A stretch of DNA of 64,000 nucleotides from Nitriliruptoraceae bacterium (lineage in GTDB: Bacteria; Actinomycetota; Nitriliruptoria; Nitriliruptorales; Nitriliruptoraceae): NCBI GenBank assembly GCA_040904825.1, contig JBBDSU010000057.1, positions 12,575 through 76,574 on the forward strand. The letters are read 5' to 3'. Of the stretch, positions 48,270 to 57,230 are shown piece by piece. Below the pieces are notes generated by a model. The model saw only the letters and a program-made list of their open reading frames with translations. It had not been told where the DNA came from and made no database searches. Each line of letters starts with the position of its first letter. Position 1 is the first letter of the stretch. The translations under genes and the position numbers were made by a program.

Positions 48270-48352
48270 GGACCCTCACTGCTCGATGCGTCGTGACCCG
48301 AACGTACCGGACAGCCTCTCGTACAGCCTGCCGGGCCTAAGACCCAGGCGTG

Positions 48353-49498
48353 TCACCCACCCTCATCCGACACTCGGACAATTCCCCAGCGGATTCCAGC
48401 GCGGTCTGACAGATCATCGAGGAGCACCGGAGCCTGCCCCAACTGAGCAGGCCCGATAACGCCTGGCGGCACCGGTTGGGCCTGCCCACTCGTCGCGGCC
48501 AGTCGCTCAGCAGCCGCAACGGCACTCTGCGCGGTGAAGCCATACATGTCGGTCCCTGCCACCCATGCGCGCGCAAGCTGGGCAGGAACCGTAGAGCCGG
48601 CGTCGTCGTGAGCTACTTCAGCAATGACGCTCCATCTTGTCGTGGTTCGAGCGGCCTGATCAGGTTCTGCAGTCGACGACGTCACACGACGACGAACGAA
48701 TCGGCCGACAGTTTCGTAGCGACCGAGAGAAGCGATGGCCTGCATCGCCTCGGCCTGCCATCCCTTGACGGCCACGTAGGTCCGAACCGTCGCCAGTGAC
48801 GGATAGGCCAGCGGCAGCGTGATCGCCTCGCCGCCAGGGATACCGGCAACCTGTCGAGGCCCGAGTGGCGGCGGGAACCACGCGAGGCGGCGGACTTCAC
48901 CAGGCCACTCGTCGACCAAACGGCCATTGACGCGCGCCAATCCGGTACGACCGATCATCGATGCCAACGTCGCGCGCGTTCCACGTGACGATCGTGGAGC
49001 GCCATCTGACGCTCGACCAACGGCGTACGACACATGCGCAGTGGTCGCGTCGTGAACTTCGGCTGCGGCAACGGCTGTCGCGAGATTGCCGGGGACGAAA
49101 TCGAAACCCATGGCTGGAATCGCGGTAATCCCCGAGGCGACGAACTGATCGTGACGGGACTCGACAAGCCATCGAATAAAGGACTGCTCACCCGTGATGT
49201 CGACGTAGTGAATGCCGCAGTCCAGCACGGTGTCGACCACACCTCGGCCCACGTGATCGAACGGTCCGGCCGTCGCGATCACTACCCTGGCATCGGCCAC
49301 GGCCCGGCGCAAGGTGCCCGTATCAGTCACGTCGGCGATGCGCACATCCATGCGGTCAACGACATCTGCTGGATACACGGTCGATAGCCGGGCTTGATCC
49401 CGGATGATCGCGACGGGGCGGTGTCCGCGCTCGATCAAGGCTCGAACAATGAGCCGGCCGGTGAATCCGGTGGCTCCGATGACTGCGATGGGTTGCAC
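48353..49498 (-). CDS. Saccharopine dehydrogenase-like NAD(P)-binding protein (trans-acting enoyl reductase family)
   Basis: IAVIGATGFTGRLIVRAL Rossmann start. Length and layout fit the Sacchrp_dh_NADP family. Confidence 0.7.
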   Translation of the reverse strand: MQPIAVIGATGFTGRLIVRALIERGHRPVAIIRDQARLSTVYPADVVDRMDVRIADVTDTGTLRRAVADARVVIATAGPFDHVGRGVVDTVLDCGIHYVDITGEQSFIRWLVESRHDQFVASGITAIPAMGFDFVPGNLATAVAAAEVHDATTAHVSYAVGRASDGAPRSSRGTRATLASMIGRTGLARVNGRLVDEWPGEVRRLAWFPPPLGPRQVAGIPGGEAITLPLAYPSLATVRTYVAVKGWQAEAMQAIASLGRYETVGRFVRRRVTSSTAEPDQAARTTTRWSVIAEVAHDDAGSTVPAQLARAWVAGTDMYGFTAQSAVAAAERLAATSGQAQPVPPGVIGPAQLGQAPVLLDDLSDRAGIRWGIVRVSDEGG

Positions 49499-49553
49499 GC
49501 TCAGCCTCGTTGTCGCCAGTATCTCAACAAGGTAGGCCGCCTAGTGCCACGCC

Positions 49554-49581
49554 AGTCGAGTCGAGGATGCTCGACTCGACT
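49554..49581. promoter_or_regulatory. Perfect 12-4-12 palindrome AGTCGAGTCGAG-gatg-CTCGACTCGACT
   Basis: Read directly from the sequence. It lies in the divergent region between 49498 (minus) and 49669 (plus). Confidence 0.35.
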
Positions 49582-49668
49582 GCTGCAACGTGCAACGATC
49601 ATCCGCCAACCACCTCGACTGCCACGTACCTAGACCACTGAGCGTCGACGACACACAAGGCCCGAGCC

Positions 49669-50136
49669 GTGTTGACCGCACTCTCCCTGAACACTGATGT
49701 GGATCCCGCGCTGGTGGGAGCCGTGTTGGTGCGGCATCCTGTCGCACCAGTCGAATGGTGGCGCGAGCTGCCCCAAGTGCCCGGCTCGACCATCGTCACC
49801 GCCAGCTTTCCGGCTCCACCTGGGGCGCGCAACTCACGCCGCCGGCCCTCCTCAAACGGCGCAGGACCAACCAACATTCTCGACGCCCGAACGGGCGGTT
49901 ACCAGCAGATCTTCGCGCCTTACCCGCCAGGTCTTCTGGGGCCGGGCGAGGAGCCAAGCGCGGATGTGCTCGTGACGGCAGTGATGAGGGAAACCCACGA
50001 GCAATGGTGGACCGAACTCCGAGGTCGCGCACACCGCGTCTTCGATCTACGCATGGGTCCTGTCCTCGCCGTCTTCGAGTCTGTTCTCGCTCGTCATCTC
50101 GATGCCCTTGGACAGCGACCCGACCCGCGATCGTGA
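49669..50136 (+). CDS. Hypothetical protein
   Basis: ORF only, with moderately GC-rich third positions. No motif recognised. Confidence 0.3.
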   Translation: MLTALSLNTDVDPALVGAVLVRHPVAPVEWWRELPQVPGSTIVTASFPAPPGARNSRRRPSSNGAGPTNILDARTGGYQQIFAPYPPGLLGPGEEPSADVLVTAVMRETHEQWWTELRGRAHRVFDLRMGPVLAVFESVLARHLDALGQRPDPRS

Positions 50137-50219
50137 CGACGCGACGGCCAACGTTCAAGCCCCTGCCTCCACCATGATCTACTTGCATCCACACGGCACA
50201 CAACCTTAGGCACAACACC

Positions 50220-50678
50220 ATGAGCCTCCACGACGACATAGAACATGACCTTCACGCGGCCATGAAGGCACGAGACAAAGACAAGACGTCCGCGCTGAGG
50301 ATGGTGATCGCTGCACTGAAGAATCGCGCGGTCGCCGACGGCCTGAGCCCCCAGGGACGCCTCTCCGACGACGTCGTCCAGCAAGTCCTCGGCACCGAGG
50401 CGAAGCGGCGGACAGAAGCTGCCGATGCATTCGCAAACGCCGGCCGCACCGATCAGGCGGCGCGCGAACGTGCCGAAGCTGACCTCTACGCGCAGTACCT
50501 GCCAGAACCGTTGAGCGACGACGAGATTGCCGCCGTCGTCGACCGCGCCATCGCCGCCAGTGGTGCTGACGGCCCCCAGCAGATGGGGCAGGTCATGAAG
50601 GCGGTCATGGCAGAGATCGGCGGCCGAGCTGACGGAGCGAAAGTCTCAGCTTTGGTGCGCCAGCGTCTGACCGGCTGA
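50220..50678 (+). CDS. yqeY: GatB/YqeY-domain protein
   Basis: IEHDLHAAMKARDKDKTSALRMVIAALKN ... QMGQVMKAVMAEIGGRADGAKVSALVRQRL is typical of YqeY. Confidence 0.85.
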   Translation: MSLHDDIEHDLHAAMKARDKDKTSALRMVIAALKNRAVADGLSPQGRLSDDVVQQVLGTEAKRRTEAADAFANAGRTDQAARERAEADLYAQYLPEPLSDDEIAAVVDRAIAASGADGPQQMGQVMKAVMAEIGGRADGAKVSALVRQRLTG

Positions 50679-50734
50679 CGCCTTCGCAAGGCTGGGAGCG
50701 TGGCGCCCGCGTAGTTGCCTGCCTGGACAAGATG

Positions 50735-50935
50735 TGCTCTAGTGCCGAAGTGCTCCGCTGAGGTGGAGCACTTGACAACCAAGTTGGTCGTTGCGCAGGG
50801 GAAGTCCGGTGGGAAACCGGCGCTGACCCGCAACCGTGAGTCGACCGTCACTGCTCCGTACGTCAAGGTGCCATCAGGCACATGCAACGGACGGCGAGTG
50901 ACAGAGCGACGAGCCGGGATACCTGTGTAGCGACG
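50735..50935 (+). promoter_or_regulatory. Cobalamin (B12) riboswitch
   Basis: Core GCAGGGGAAGTCCGGTGGGAAACCGGCGCTGACCCGCAACCGTGAG matches the conserved GGGAAG-CCGGTG-GAA-CCGG-GC-G-CCCGC-AC-GT pattern. A B12-box-like GAGCCGGGATACCTG lies downstream. Boundaries are approximate. Confidence 0.8.
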
Positions 50936-50999
50936 AGCGGCTCCTTCCATCCGTCGAGGTATACGGGGCGGAGCCCGGACGCGACCTGTCCGAGCGCCC

Positions 51000-51030
51000 G
51001 CCCTCCTACGCATTTCATGCGTAGGAGGGC
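51000..51030 (+). terminator. Perfect 14-bp hairpin (GCCCTCCTACGCAT-ttc-ATGCGTAGGAGGGC), likely riboswitch expression platform/attenuator
   Basis: Read directly from the sequence. It lies between the riboswitch aptamer and the ATG at 51097, followed by GTCGTCGTTCGT. Confidence 0.55.
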
Positions 51031-51096
51031 GTCGTCGTTCGTGGGCATCCGTACGGGCCATTCCGTCACGGATCGCTCACGAAAGGTCACATACTC

Positions 51097-52248
51097 ATGC
51101 AATCCCTCTCTGTCCGTCGTCACCCGTCGGACTTCACGACCAGATTGATCGCCACCATCATGGCGATAGGTCTGCTTCTCGTTCCCACAACTGCTGTGGC
51201 ATCGACCGGTGATCCGGCACAAGCGGCCGCAGGCTGGCTTGCCGAAGAACTCGTCGATGGTGAGCGACTTGTTGGCTCATGGACCGACAGCGAAGGTCGG
51301 GTCAACGAGTTCGATGATCATGGCGGTACCGCAGACGTCGTGTTCGCGCTATCGGCGGCACAGGTCGCTGCTCCTCAGATCCGAACCGCAACTGACTGGC
51401 TCATCGCTGAGGCAGGGATGTACACCGGCGAGGCATTCGGTGCCCTTTCCGCAGGTGCGACAGCAAAGCTCGCTCTGGCTCTCATGACCGATGGGCGTGA
51501 CCCACGGTCGGTCGGTGGCGATCTCATCGCCGCGCTCCAGGACCTTGAGGTGACTGAGGGCGCTGATGCCGGCCGATTCTCCGACGCAGGTGACGACGAC
51601 TGGTCGAGCACGATCAGTCAGGCACTGGCGATCCTTGCGCTTGAGCGGGCAGAAGGCGTCTCGGCGTCATCCGAGTCGATTGCCTACCTGGCCGATCAAC
51701 AGTGCACCGACGGAGGATTTCCCTTCTCCTTCTCCCCCGGTGAGTGCGTCGATGCCACCGCGATCGACGGACCCACTGCGATCGACGCGACACTCATCGT
51801 CATCCAGGCACTGATTGCGACCGGCCACGATGTCGCCGAAGCACTCGCCTGGCTCGACGCGCGGTTCGCCGACGACGGTTGGGGCAATGCCAACACCGCC
51901 GGATTGGCGGCTGTGGCCTACGGCCTCTCGGGGCGCGCTGGTGACGCCGATCAAGCCCGCGATTTCATTCTCGAGCTTCAGGATGGGTGCGACGGTGATG
52001 CCACCGGAGCGATTGCCTACAACGCTGCAGGCGAAGGTGATCCGGTGTTCGCCACCCGCCAGGCCATACTCGGCTTGACCGGCCAGGGTTACCTGACTGT
52101 CACCAGCCAGGGCGCTTCACAATCGGCTCCCCGCCTCGATTGTTCAGCGTCGAACCCGACCGTGATCATTGTCGCCGCAGTGGGCCTCGGACTGCTGGCG
52201 GTGGGCATCGTGGTACTGGTCGCACGCCGGCGCAAGGCCGCCGCGTGA
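51097..52248 (+). CDS. Exported, C-terminally membrane-anchored alpha/alpha-toroid protein (prenyltransferase/squalene-oxidase repeat family)
   Basis: Signal peptide (MAIGLLLVPTTAVAS). Repeated motifs QQCTDGGFPFS, DDGWGN and LQDGCDG are typical of the prenyltransferase-like repeat. C-terminal TM helix plus basic tail (IIVAAVGLGLLAVGIVVLVARRRK). Confidence 0.65.
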   Translation: MQSLSVRRHPSDFTTRLIATIMAIGLLLVPTTAVASTGDPAQAAAGWLAEELVDGERLVGSWTDSEGRVNEFDDHGGTADVVFALSAAQVAAPQIRTATDWLIAEAGMYTGEAFGALSAGATAKLALALMTDGRDPRSVGGDLIAALQDLEVTEGADAGRFSDAGDDDWSSTISQALAILALERAEGVSASSESIAYLADQQCTDGGFPFSFSPGECVDATAIDGPTAIDATLIVIQALIATGHDVAEALAWLDARFADDGWGNANTAGLAAVAYGLSGRAGDADQARDFILELQDGCDGDATGAIAYNAAGEGDPVFATRQAILGLTGQGYLTVTSQGASQSAPRLDCSASNPTVIIVAAVGLGLLAVGIVVLVARRRKAAA

Positions 52249-52267
52249 CGCTTCTGGCCTTGCGATC

Positions 52268-52921
52268 ATGATTCGCCGGACGGTCGCCCTGCTGGCGCTG
52301 GCTGTCTTCGCGACAGTCGGCGCCAGCACGTCAGCCTCAGCCGACAGCCTGGGCGAACTGCTTGATGTGTGCGATGGCATCGTCGTCGTCATCGATCCAG
52401 GGACGGACGACCGCGATGCCACGGTCCGGTGCGGCCCGGACGCCGACGGCAATGGTTTGGACGCACTGGTCGGTGCTGGCCACCAGTTCACTTTCGTTCC
52501 TGGCATTCCGGGCATGGTGTGCACGATCGATGAGTTCCCGCAAGCCTGCAACGGCGCACCTGTGGACGCCTACTGGTCATACTGGCTCGGCACGCCAGAC
52601 GGATGGGCCTACAGCTCAGCTGGAGCCGGGTTCCGATCCGTCGATGTCAATGTCATCGAAGGTTGGGCCTTCGGTGACGGATCGATGCCGCCGCGATGGA
52701 ATCTCACCGACCTGACTGCACCACCCACCGATACGCACTCGTCATCAGACGCGGAGCCCGAGCAACATCAGACGCCCATAGCGGCTATAGCCGGCATCGC
52801 GCTGTTGGCCGTCATCATCGCAATGACCTGGTGGCGGAGTAGTCGATCGGCTCACACCCGCCCGCCACAGTCTGACGGCAACGACTCGGCCGCCCAGCCC
52901 ACCGAGGAGGGTCCCCAGTGA
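52268..52921 (+). CDS. Exported, C-terminally anchored DUF4430-like (transcobalamin beta-domain-like) protein
   Basis: Signal peptide MIRRTVALLALAVFATVGASTSASA. GNGLDALVGAG...GMVCTIDEFP...AYWSYWLG..GWAYSSAGAGFRSVDVNVIEGWAF fits the DUF4430 pattern as I remember it. C-terminal TM helix IAAIAGIALLAVIIAMTWW. The ORF track starts at 52169. Confidence 0.55.
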   Translation: MIRRTVALLALAVFATVGASTSASADSLGELLDVCDGIVVVIDPGTDDRDATVRCGPDADGNGLDALVGAGHQFTFVPGIPGMVCTIDEFPQACNGAPVDAYWSYWLGTPDGWAYSSAGAGFRSVDVNVIEGWAFGDGSMPPRWNLTDLTAPPTDTHSSSDAEPEQHQTPIAAIAGIALLAVIIAMTWWRSSRSAHTRPPQSDGNDSAAQPTEEGPQ

Positions 52922-54105
52922 GGGCTCCCGACGTGACGACGCCGCGACGCGGAATATTCGCGTTCTCCGAGACCTGGGTTGGATTGCGACCCCGAGCAGT
53001 CCATCCCGGTGCATGGTGGGCGTGGGCCGTCTGCCTGGCGATCGCCGCCAGCCGCATTCATCACCCGTTGCTTCTTGCATTGTTGGTCGCGGTAGCAGGC
53101 TCGGTTGTTATGGCACGACGCACTGACGCGCCGTGGAGCCGTTCATTCACCTTGTTCCTTCGTATTGGTCTGGTCGTGATCGCCATCCGCACGATTGCGC
53201 AAACCGTGTTCGGCGTGCCCTCACCTGGCCGGGTGCTCGTCACCTTGCCATCGGTCGAACTGCCAGGGTGGGCTGCTGGCATCGCGATCGGCGGTCCGAT
53301 CACAGATACGGCACTGGCGGTTGCCCTGACTGACGGCATGCGGCTGGCCGCCGTGCTCGCATGCATCGGCGCAGCAAACGCTTTAGCCAATCCCAAACGC
53401 ATGCTCGCAAGCCTTCCTGCCGCCCTGTACGAAGTCGGTGTGGCCGTGGTCATAGCGTTGAGTTTCGCTCCCTCGCTGGCAACCTCGGTCCAGCGGGTAC
53501 GCGCAGCACGGAGACTGCGAGGACGCAACGATCACGGCATCGCAGGATGGTTCGAGGTCGCGGTTCCCGTCATCGATGACGCACTCGCTCGTTCGCTGTC
53601 TTTGGCCGCGGCGATGGACGCACGGGGATACGGACGAACCTTGCCGATGACACCAAGAGCCCGCCGTCAAAGCTCCACGTTGCTGTTAACCGGCCTGGCC
53701 GGCCTTACCGTCGGAGTCGTAGCGCTGCTCAACGCGCAACTCGCAACCGAGTGGAGCCTGGCCACGCTCGGCATCAGCATCATTCTGGCCGTCACCGGCA
53801 TCAGACTCGCTGGCCACCGCAGTCCGCGCAGCCGCTACCGGCCTGACCCTTGGACAACTGCTGAATGGGTGACGGTCTGCTCAGGGGCAATCACGGTCGC
53901 CGCCGTCATCGTCACCTCGGCAATCGCCCCCCGGATGATCCAACCCGTGTTGATTCCTATGTCGTCCTGGCCGCTGCCGTGGCTGGCGACCGGGGGCATC
54001 CTGGTGGCCATGCTGCCCGGATTCGCCACACCGAGGCCAGCTGACAATGCCGCCCAAGCTTCGGTGTCGCCTCCTCGCATCGCACGATGGGAGAGCGCGA
54101 CATGA
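52918..54105 (+). CDS. ECF transporter transmembrane (T) component, CbiQ/EcfT family
   Basis: Polytopic 395-aa protein sitting immediately before the duplicated ECF ATPase. GTGA overlap with the upstream stop. Confidence 0.7.
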   Translation: MRAPDVTTPRRGIFAFSETWVGLRPRAVHPGAWWAWAVCLAIAASRIHHPLLLALLVAVAGSVVMARRTDAPWSRSFTLFLRIGLVVIAIRTIAQTVFGVPSPGRVLVTLPSVELPGWAAGIAIGGPITDTALAVALTDGMRLAAVLACIGAANALANPKRMLASLPAALYEVGVAVVIALSFAPSLATSVQRVRAARRLRGRNDHGIAGWFEVAVPVIDDALARSLSLAAAMDARGYGRTLPMTPRARRQSSTLLLTGLAGLTVGVVALLNAQLATEWSLATLGISIILAVTGIRLAGHRSPRSRYRPDPWTTAEWVTVCSGAITVAAVIVTSAIAPRMIQPVLIPMSSWPLPWLATGGILVAMLPGFATPRPADNAAQASVSPPRIARWESAT

Positions 54106-55769
54106 TCCGATTTGAGTCGGTCACCATGCGCTATCCAGATAGCGATGCGCCCACACTCGCCAATGTCGACCTGCAGATCTCAGAGGCCGAGCTGTGCCTG
54201 GTCGTAGGCCGCACAGGAACCGGCAAGACGACATTGCTCAAGGCGATCAACGGCCTCTTCCCGCATTTCACCGGTGGCACCCTCACTGGGCGCATCACGG
54301 TCGCAGGTCGCAGTACCGCCGATCATCTTCCGCGCGAGTTCGCTGACGTGATCGGCATGGTTGGCCAGGACCCTAACGACGGATTCGTCACGGACATTGT
54401 GGAAGAAGAGCTCGCGTACGGCATGGAGTCGCTGGGATTGGCAGGGACGGTCATGCGCCGGCGAGTCGAAGAGACGCTCGACATCCTGGGGCTGGTAGAT
54501 CTACGGCATCGGGCGTTATCGACGCTGTCCGGGGGCGAGCGTCAGCGCGTTGCCATCGGTTCGGTGCTCACGACCCATCCGTCGGTGCTTGTCCTCGACG
54601 AGCCAACCTCTGCACTTGACCCTCCTGCCGCCGACGAGGTCCTCGCTGTGCTCCAGCGCCTGGTCCACGACCTAGGGCTGACCGTCGTGCTCGCAGAACA
54701 TCGTCTGGAGCGGGTCGTCCACCTTGCCGACACAATGGTGCACCTCACCGGCGTCGGGCAGCCCATCGAAGTCGGAACGCCGGCCGACATCATGGCTACC
54801 TCTTCAGTCGCTCCCCCTGTCATTGAGCTTGGACGTCTTGCTGGATGGCATCCATTGCCCTTGTCTGTGCGTGATGCCCGCCGCAGGGCGACAGGCCTTA
54901 CGACCGATCTCCGCACGCGGCGCGCTGCTAGCAGCACCGAGAACAGCGACCGCAATGCGACAAGCGCTGGCCTACTCAACAGAGCCAGTGCAGCAGTCGA
55001 CCGCAAGGTGGTCGGGCAGATCAGGGGCCTGACCGTCGCCTACGGCGGCAAGCCGGTGCTCCATGGCATCGACCTCGACCTCCTCGCCGGTCAGGTGATG
55101 GCAGTGATGGGCCGAAACGGGGCCGGGAAATCATCGTTGCTTCGCGCAATCGTGGGAGCAACCCAACACCAACGCGGCACCGTCTCTGTCACCGGACACG
55201 ACCCCGCGACGTTGCCAGCACATCGGCTGGTCCGGACGGTAGGCCTCGTACCACAAGACCCTTCAGACCTGCTCTACGCCGAATCGGTCGACGCCGAATG
55301 TGCAGCAGCGGATCGCGACGCTGGCACCCCTGCAGGTACCTGCCGTGGCTTGGTTGAGCAGCTGATGCCTTCTATCTCCGGCAGCGTCCACCCTCGCGAT
55401 CTTTCCGAAGGTCAACGCCTGATTCTCGTCTTGGCCATTGTCATGACTGGTTCACCGGCCTTGCTGTTGCTCGATGAACCAACGCGAGGTCTTGACTACC
55501 CCAGCAAGCGCACCCTGACCGCCATCCTCCAGGATCTTGTCAACCGCGGGCACGCCGTCGTGGTGGCGACCCACGACGTCGAATTCGCAGCTACCGCTTC
55601 CGACCGCACCATCGTGCTCGCCGATGGCGAGATCGTCGTCGATGGCCCCACAGCCGAGGTGGTGGTCGCATCGCCAGCATTTGCGCCACAGATCGCCAAG
55701 ATTCTGGCTCCCCTTCCTCTGCTGACCGTCGATGATGTCCGGGCACTGCTCGAAGACGAGGTCGCATGA
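54102..55769 (+). CDS. Fused ECF transporter ATPase (EcfA1-EcfA2, two ABC domains)
   Basis: Two Walker A sites (GRTGTGKTT, GRNGAGKSS). Two signature/Walker B sets (LSGGERQRVAI..LVLDEP; LSEGQRLILV..LLLDEP). ATGA overlap with the T-component stop. Confidence 0.85.
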   Translation: MIRFESVTMRYPDSDAPTLANVDLQISEAELCLVVGRTGTGKTTLLKAINGLFPHFTGGTLTGRITVAGRSTADHLPREFADVIGMVGQDPNDGFVTDIVEEELAYGMESLGLAGTVMRRRVEETLDILGLVDLRHRALSTLSGGERQRVAIGSVLTTHPSVLVLDEPTSALDPPAADEVLAVLQRLVHDLGLTVVLAEHRLERVVHLADTMVHLTGVGQPIEVGTPADIMATSSVAPPVIELGRLAGWHPLPLSVRDARRRATGLTTDLRTRRAASSTENSDRNATSAGLLNRASAAVDRKVVGQIRGLTVAYGGKPVLHGIDLDLLAGQVMAVMGRNGAGKSSLLRAIVGATQHQRGTVSVTGHDPATLPAHRLVRTVGLVPQDPSDLLYAESVDAECAAADRDAGTPAGTCRGLVEQLMPSISGSVHPRDLSEGQRLILVLAIVMTGSPALLLLDEPTRGLDYPSKRTLTAILQDLVNRGHAVVVATHDVEFAATASDRTIVLADGEIVVDGPTAEVVVASPAFAPQIAKILAPLPLLTVDDVRALLEDEVA

Positions 55770-56701
55770 GCACCCCGCCTGTCGCGCCGCACCGCAGCCG
55801 CCGAGTTCCAGCGGTGCGGCTCAACCGCCGCAGCCAGATCGTGCTCGGCATCGTCTGCATCATCAGCGTGGCAGTGTTCGGCTGGCCGTTGATCATCGCC
55901 CCAACGTCAGCAATCGCGGGTCACGCCAACGTGCCTCTGCTGTTTGCCGCACTGCTGCCGCTGGTGCTCGCCGTTGCGATGACGGAAATCGCCGATGGAG
56001 GGCTCGACGCCAAGGCGATCGCGATGCTGGGCGTGCTGACAGCACTGGGAGCTGCACTTCGACCGCTAGGCACTGGCATCGCCGGCATCGAACCGATTTT
56101 CTTCTTGCTTGTGCTCGCCGGACGAGTCTTCGGACCAGGATTCGGATTTCTCCTGGGATGCCTCACCTTGCTCGCATCGGCCCTGGTCACCGGCGGTGTG
56201 GGACCCTGGCTGCCCTACCAGATGCTTGCGGCCGCCGGAGTCGCGATCGGAGCAGGCTTGTTGCCGCGGGCAGAAGGCCGGCGGGAGATCCTCATGCTGG
56301 CGGCTTACGGCGCTGTTGCCGGCATCGCCTACGGCCTCGCCATGAACCTGTCGTTCTGGCCGTTCACCGTCGGCGAAGCCAGCGAGCTGTCCTACATCGC
56401 CGGGGCGCCCATCCTCGACAACTTGCAGCGATTCGCGGTCTTTTCGGTCCTGACGTCGCTGGCGTTCGACATCCCGCGCGCGCTTCTGATGGTTGTGTTG
56501 ATCGTGATCACAGGTCCCGCGCTGCTGCGCACGTTCCGCCGGGCCGCACGCAAAGCAGTCTTCGATGCCACACCGACGTTTGTCGCATCGGACGACGCGA
56601 CGACGACCGGATCGCCCCGTGCCCCGTCACCTGGTGCCGCGACTATCGCGTCGAGCGACAAACGCGCTCGACCCAGCAGCGGGGCGGACGAGCGGGGCTG
56701 A
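55766..56701 (+). CDS. Putative ECF substrate-capture (S) component
   Basis: Six to seven hydrophobic helices, a small membrane protein directly coupled (ATGA) to the ECF ATPase. No specific family recognised. Confidence 0.5.
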   Translation: MSTPPVAPHRSRRVPAVRLNRRSQIVLGIVCIISVAVFGWPLIIAPTSAIAGHANVPLLFAALLPLVLAVAMTEIADGGLDAKAIAMLGVLTALGAALRPLGTGIAGIEPIFFLLVLAGRVFGPGFGFLLGCLTLLASALVTGGVGPWLPYQMLAAAGVAIGAGLLPRAEGRREILMLAAYGAVAGIAYGLAMNLSFWPFTVGEASELSYIAGAPILDNLQRFAVFSVLTSLAFDIPRALLMVVLIVITGPALLRTFRRAARKAVFDATPTFVASDDATTTGSPRAPSPGAATIASSDKRARPSSGADERG

Positions 56702-56713
56702 AGGCAGTCGAGA

Positions 56714-57226
56714 TCAGCGAATCTTGTCGAGCAACTCTTCAAGGCTCGTACGCGTCAACTCGCCAGTGCGATGTCCAGCAATCTCACCGTTGAGGTCAAA
56801 GACAACCGTGGTGGGCATCCCGCGAGCTTCAATCGTCAGCGCAAAATCACCGGTGACGTCATAGATGGTTGGGAATCGGATACCCATCTCATCGATGAAT
56901 CGCTCCGCATTGTCGCGTTGATCGAGATGGTCGATCCCTAGGAAAGCAATGTCGTCATTGGCGTCAAAGGCCTCGAGAAGGAGCGGCATCTCCCGACGAC
57001 AGGGGATGCACCAACTGGCGAACACGTTCACCAAAACAGGCCGGCCAAAGGAGTTTTCGCGGTAGATCCACGCGGCGGCCTCATCCCATCCTCCATCGGC
57101 CAACACGGCATCCCGCGGTGGCGGCTCGGCATCGGCTGGGCCCGCCCTCAACGATTCCTGAGCGCTGCAGGCAACAGCGATCACGGCAACGGCCAACAAG
57201 CCGACCATAAGGGGACGGATCACCAT
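56714..57226 (-). CDS. TlpA/ResA-like thiol-disulfide oxidoreductase lipoprotein
   Basis: Lipobox signal MVIRPLMVGLLAVAVIAVACS. Thioredoxin motif FASWCIPCRREMP. The ORF track extends to 57289, overlapping the upstream gene. Confidence 0.8.
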   Translation of the reverse strand: MVIRPLMVGLLAVAVIAVACSAQESLRAGPADAEPPPRDAVLADGGWDEAAAWIYRENSFGRPVLVNVFASWCIPCRREMPLLLEAFDANDDIAFLGIDHLDQRDNAERFIDEMGIRFPTIYDVTGDFALTIEARGMPTTVVFDLNGEIAGHRTGELTRTSLEELLDKIR

Positions 57227-57230
57227 GCGG

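Noticed and set aside
55732-56793. 353-aa Arg-rich plus-strand ORF
   Set aside because: It is an alternative frame of the ECF S-component gene. The composition (poly-Arg/His) is not protein-like, and the other frame gives regular TM helices and an ATGA coupling.
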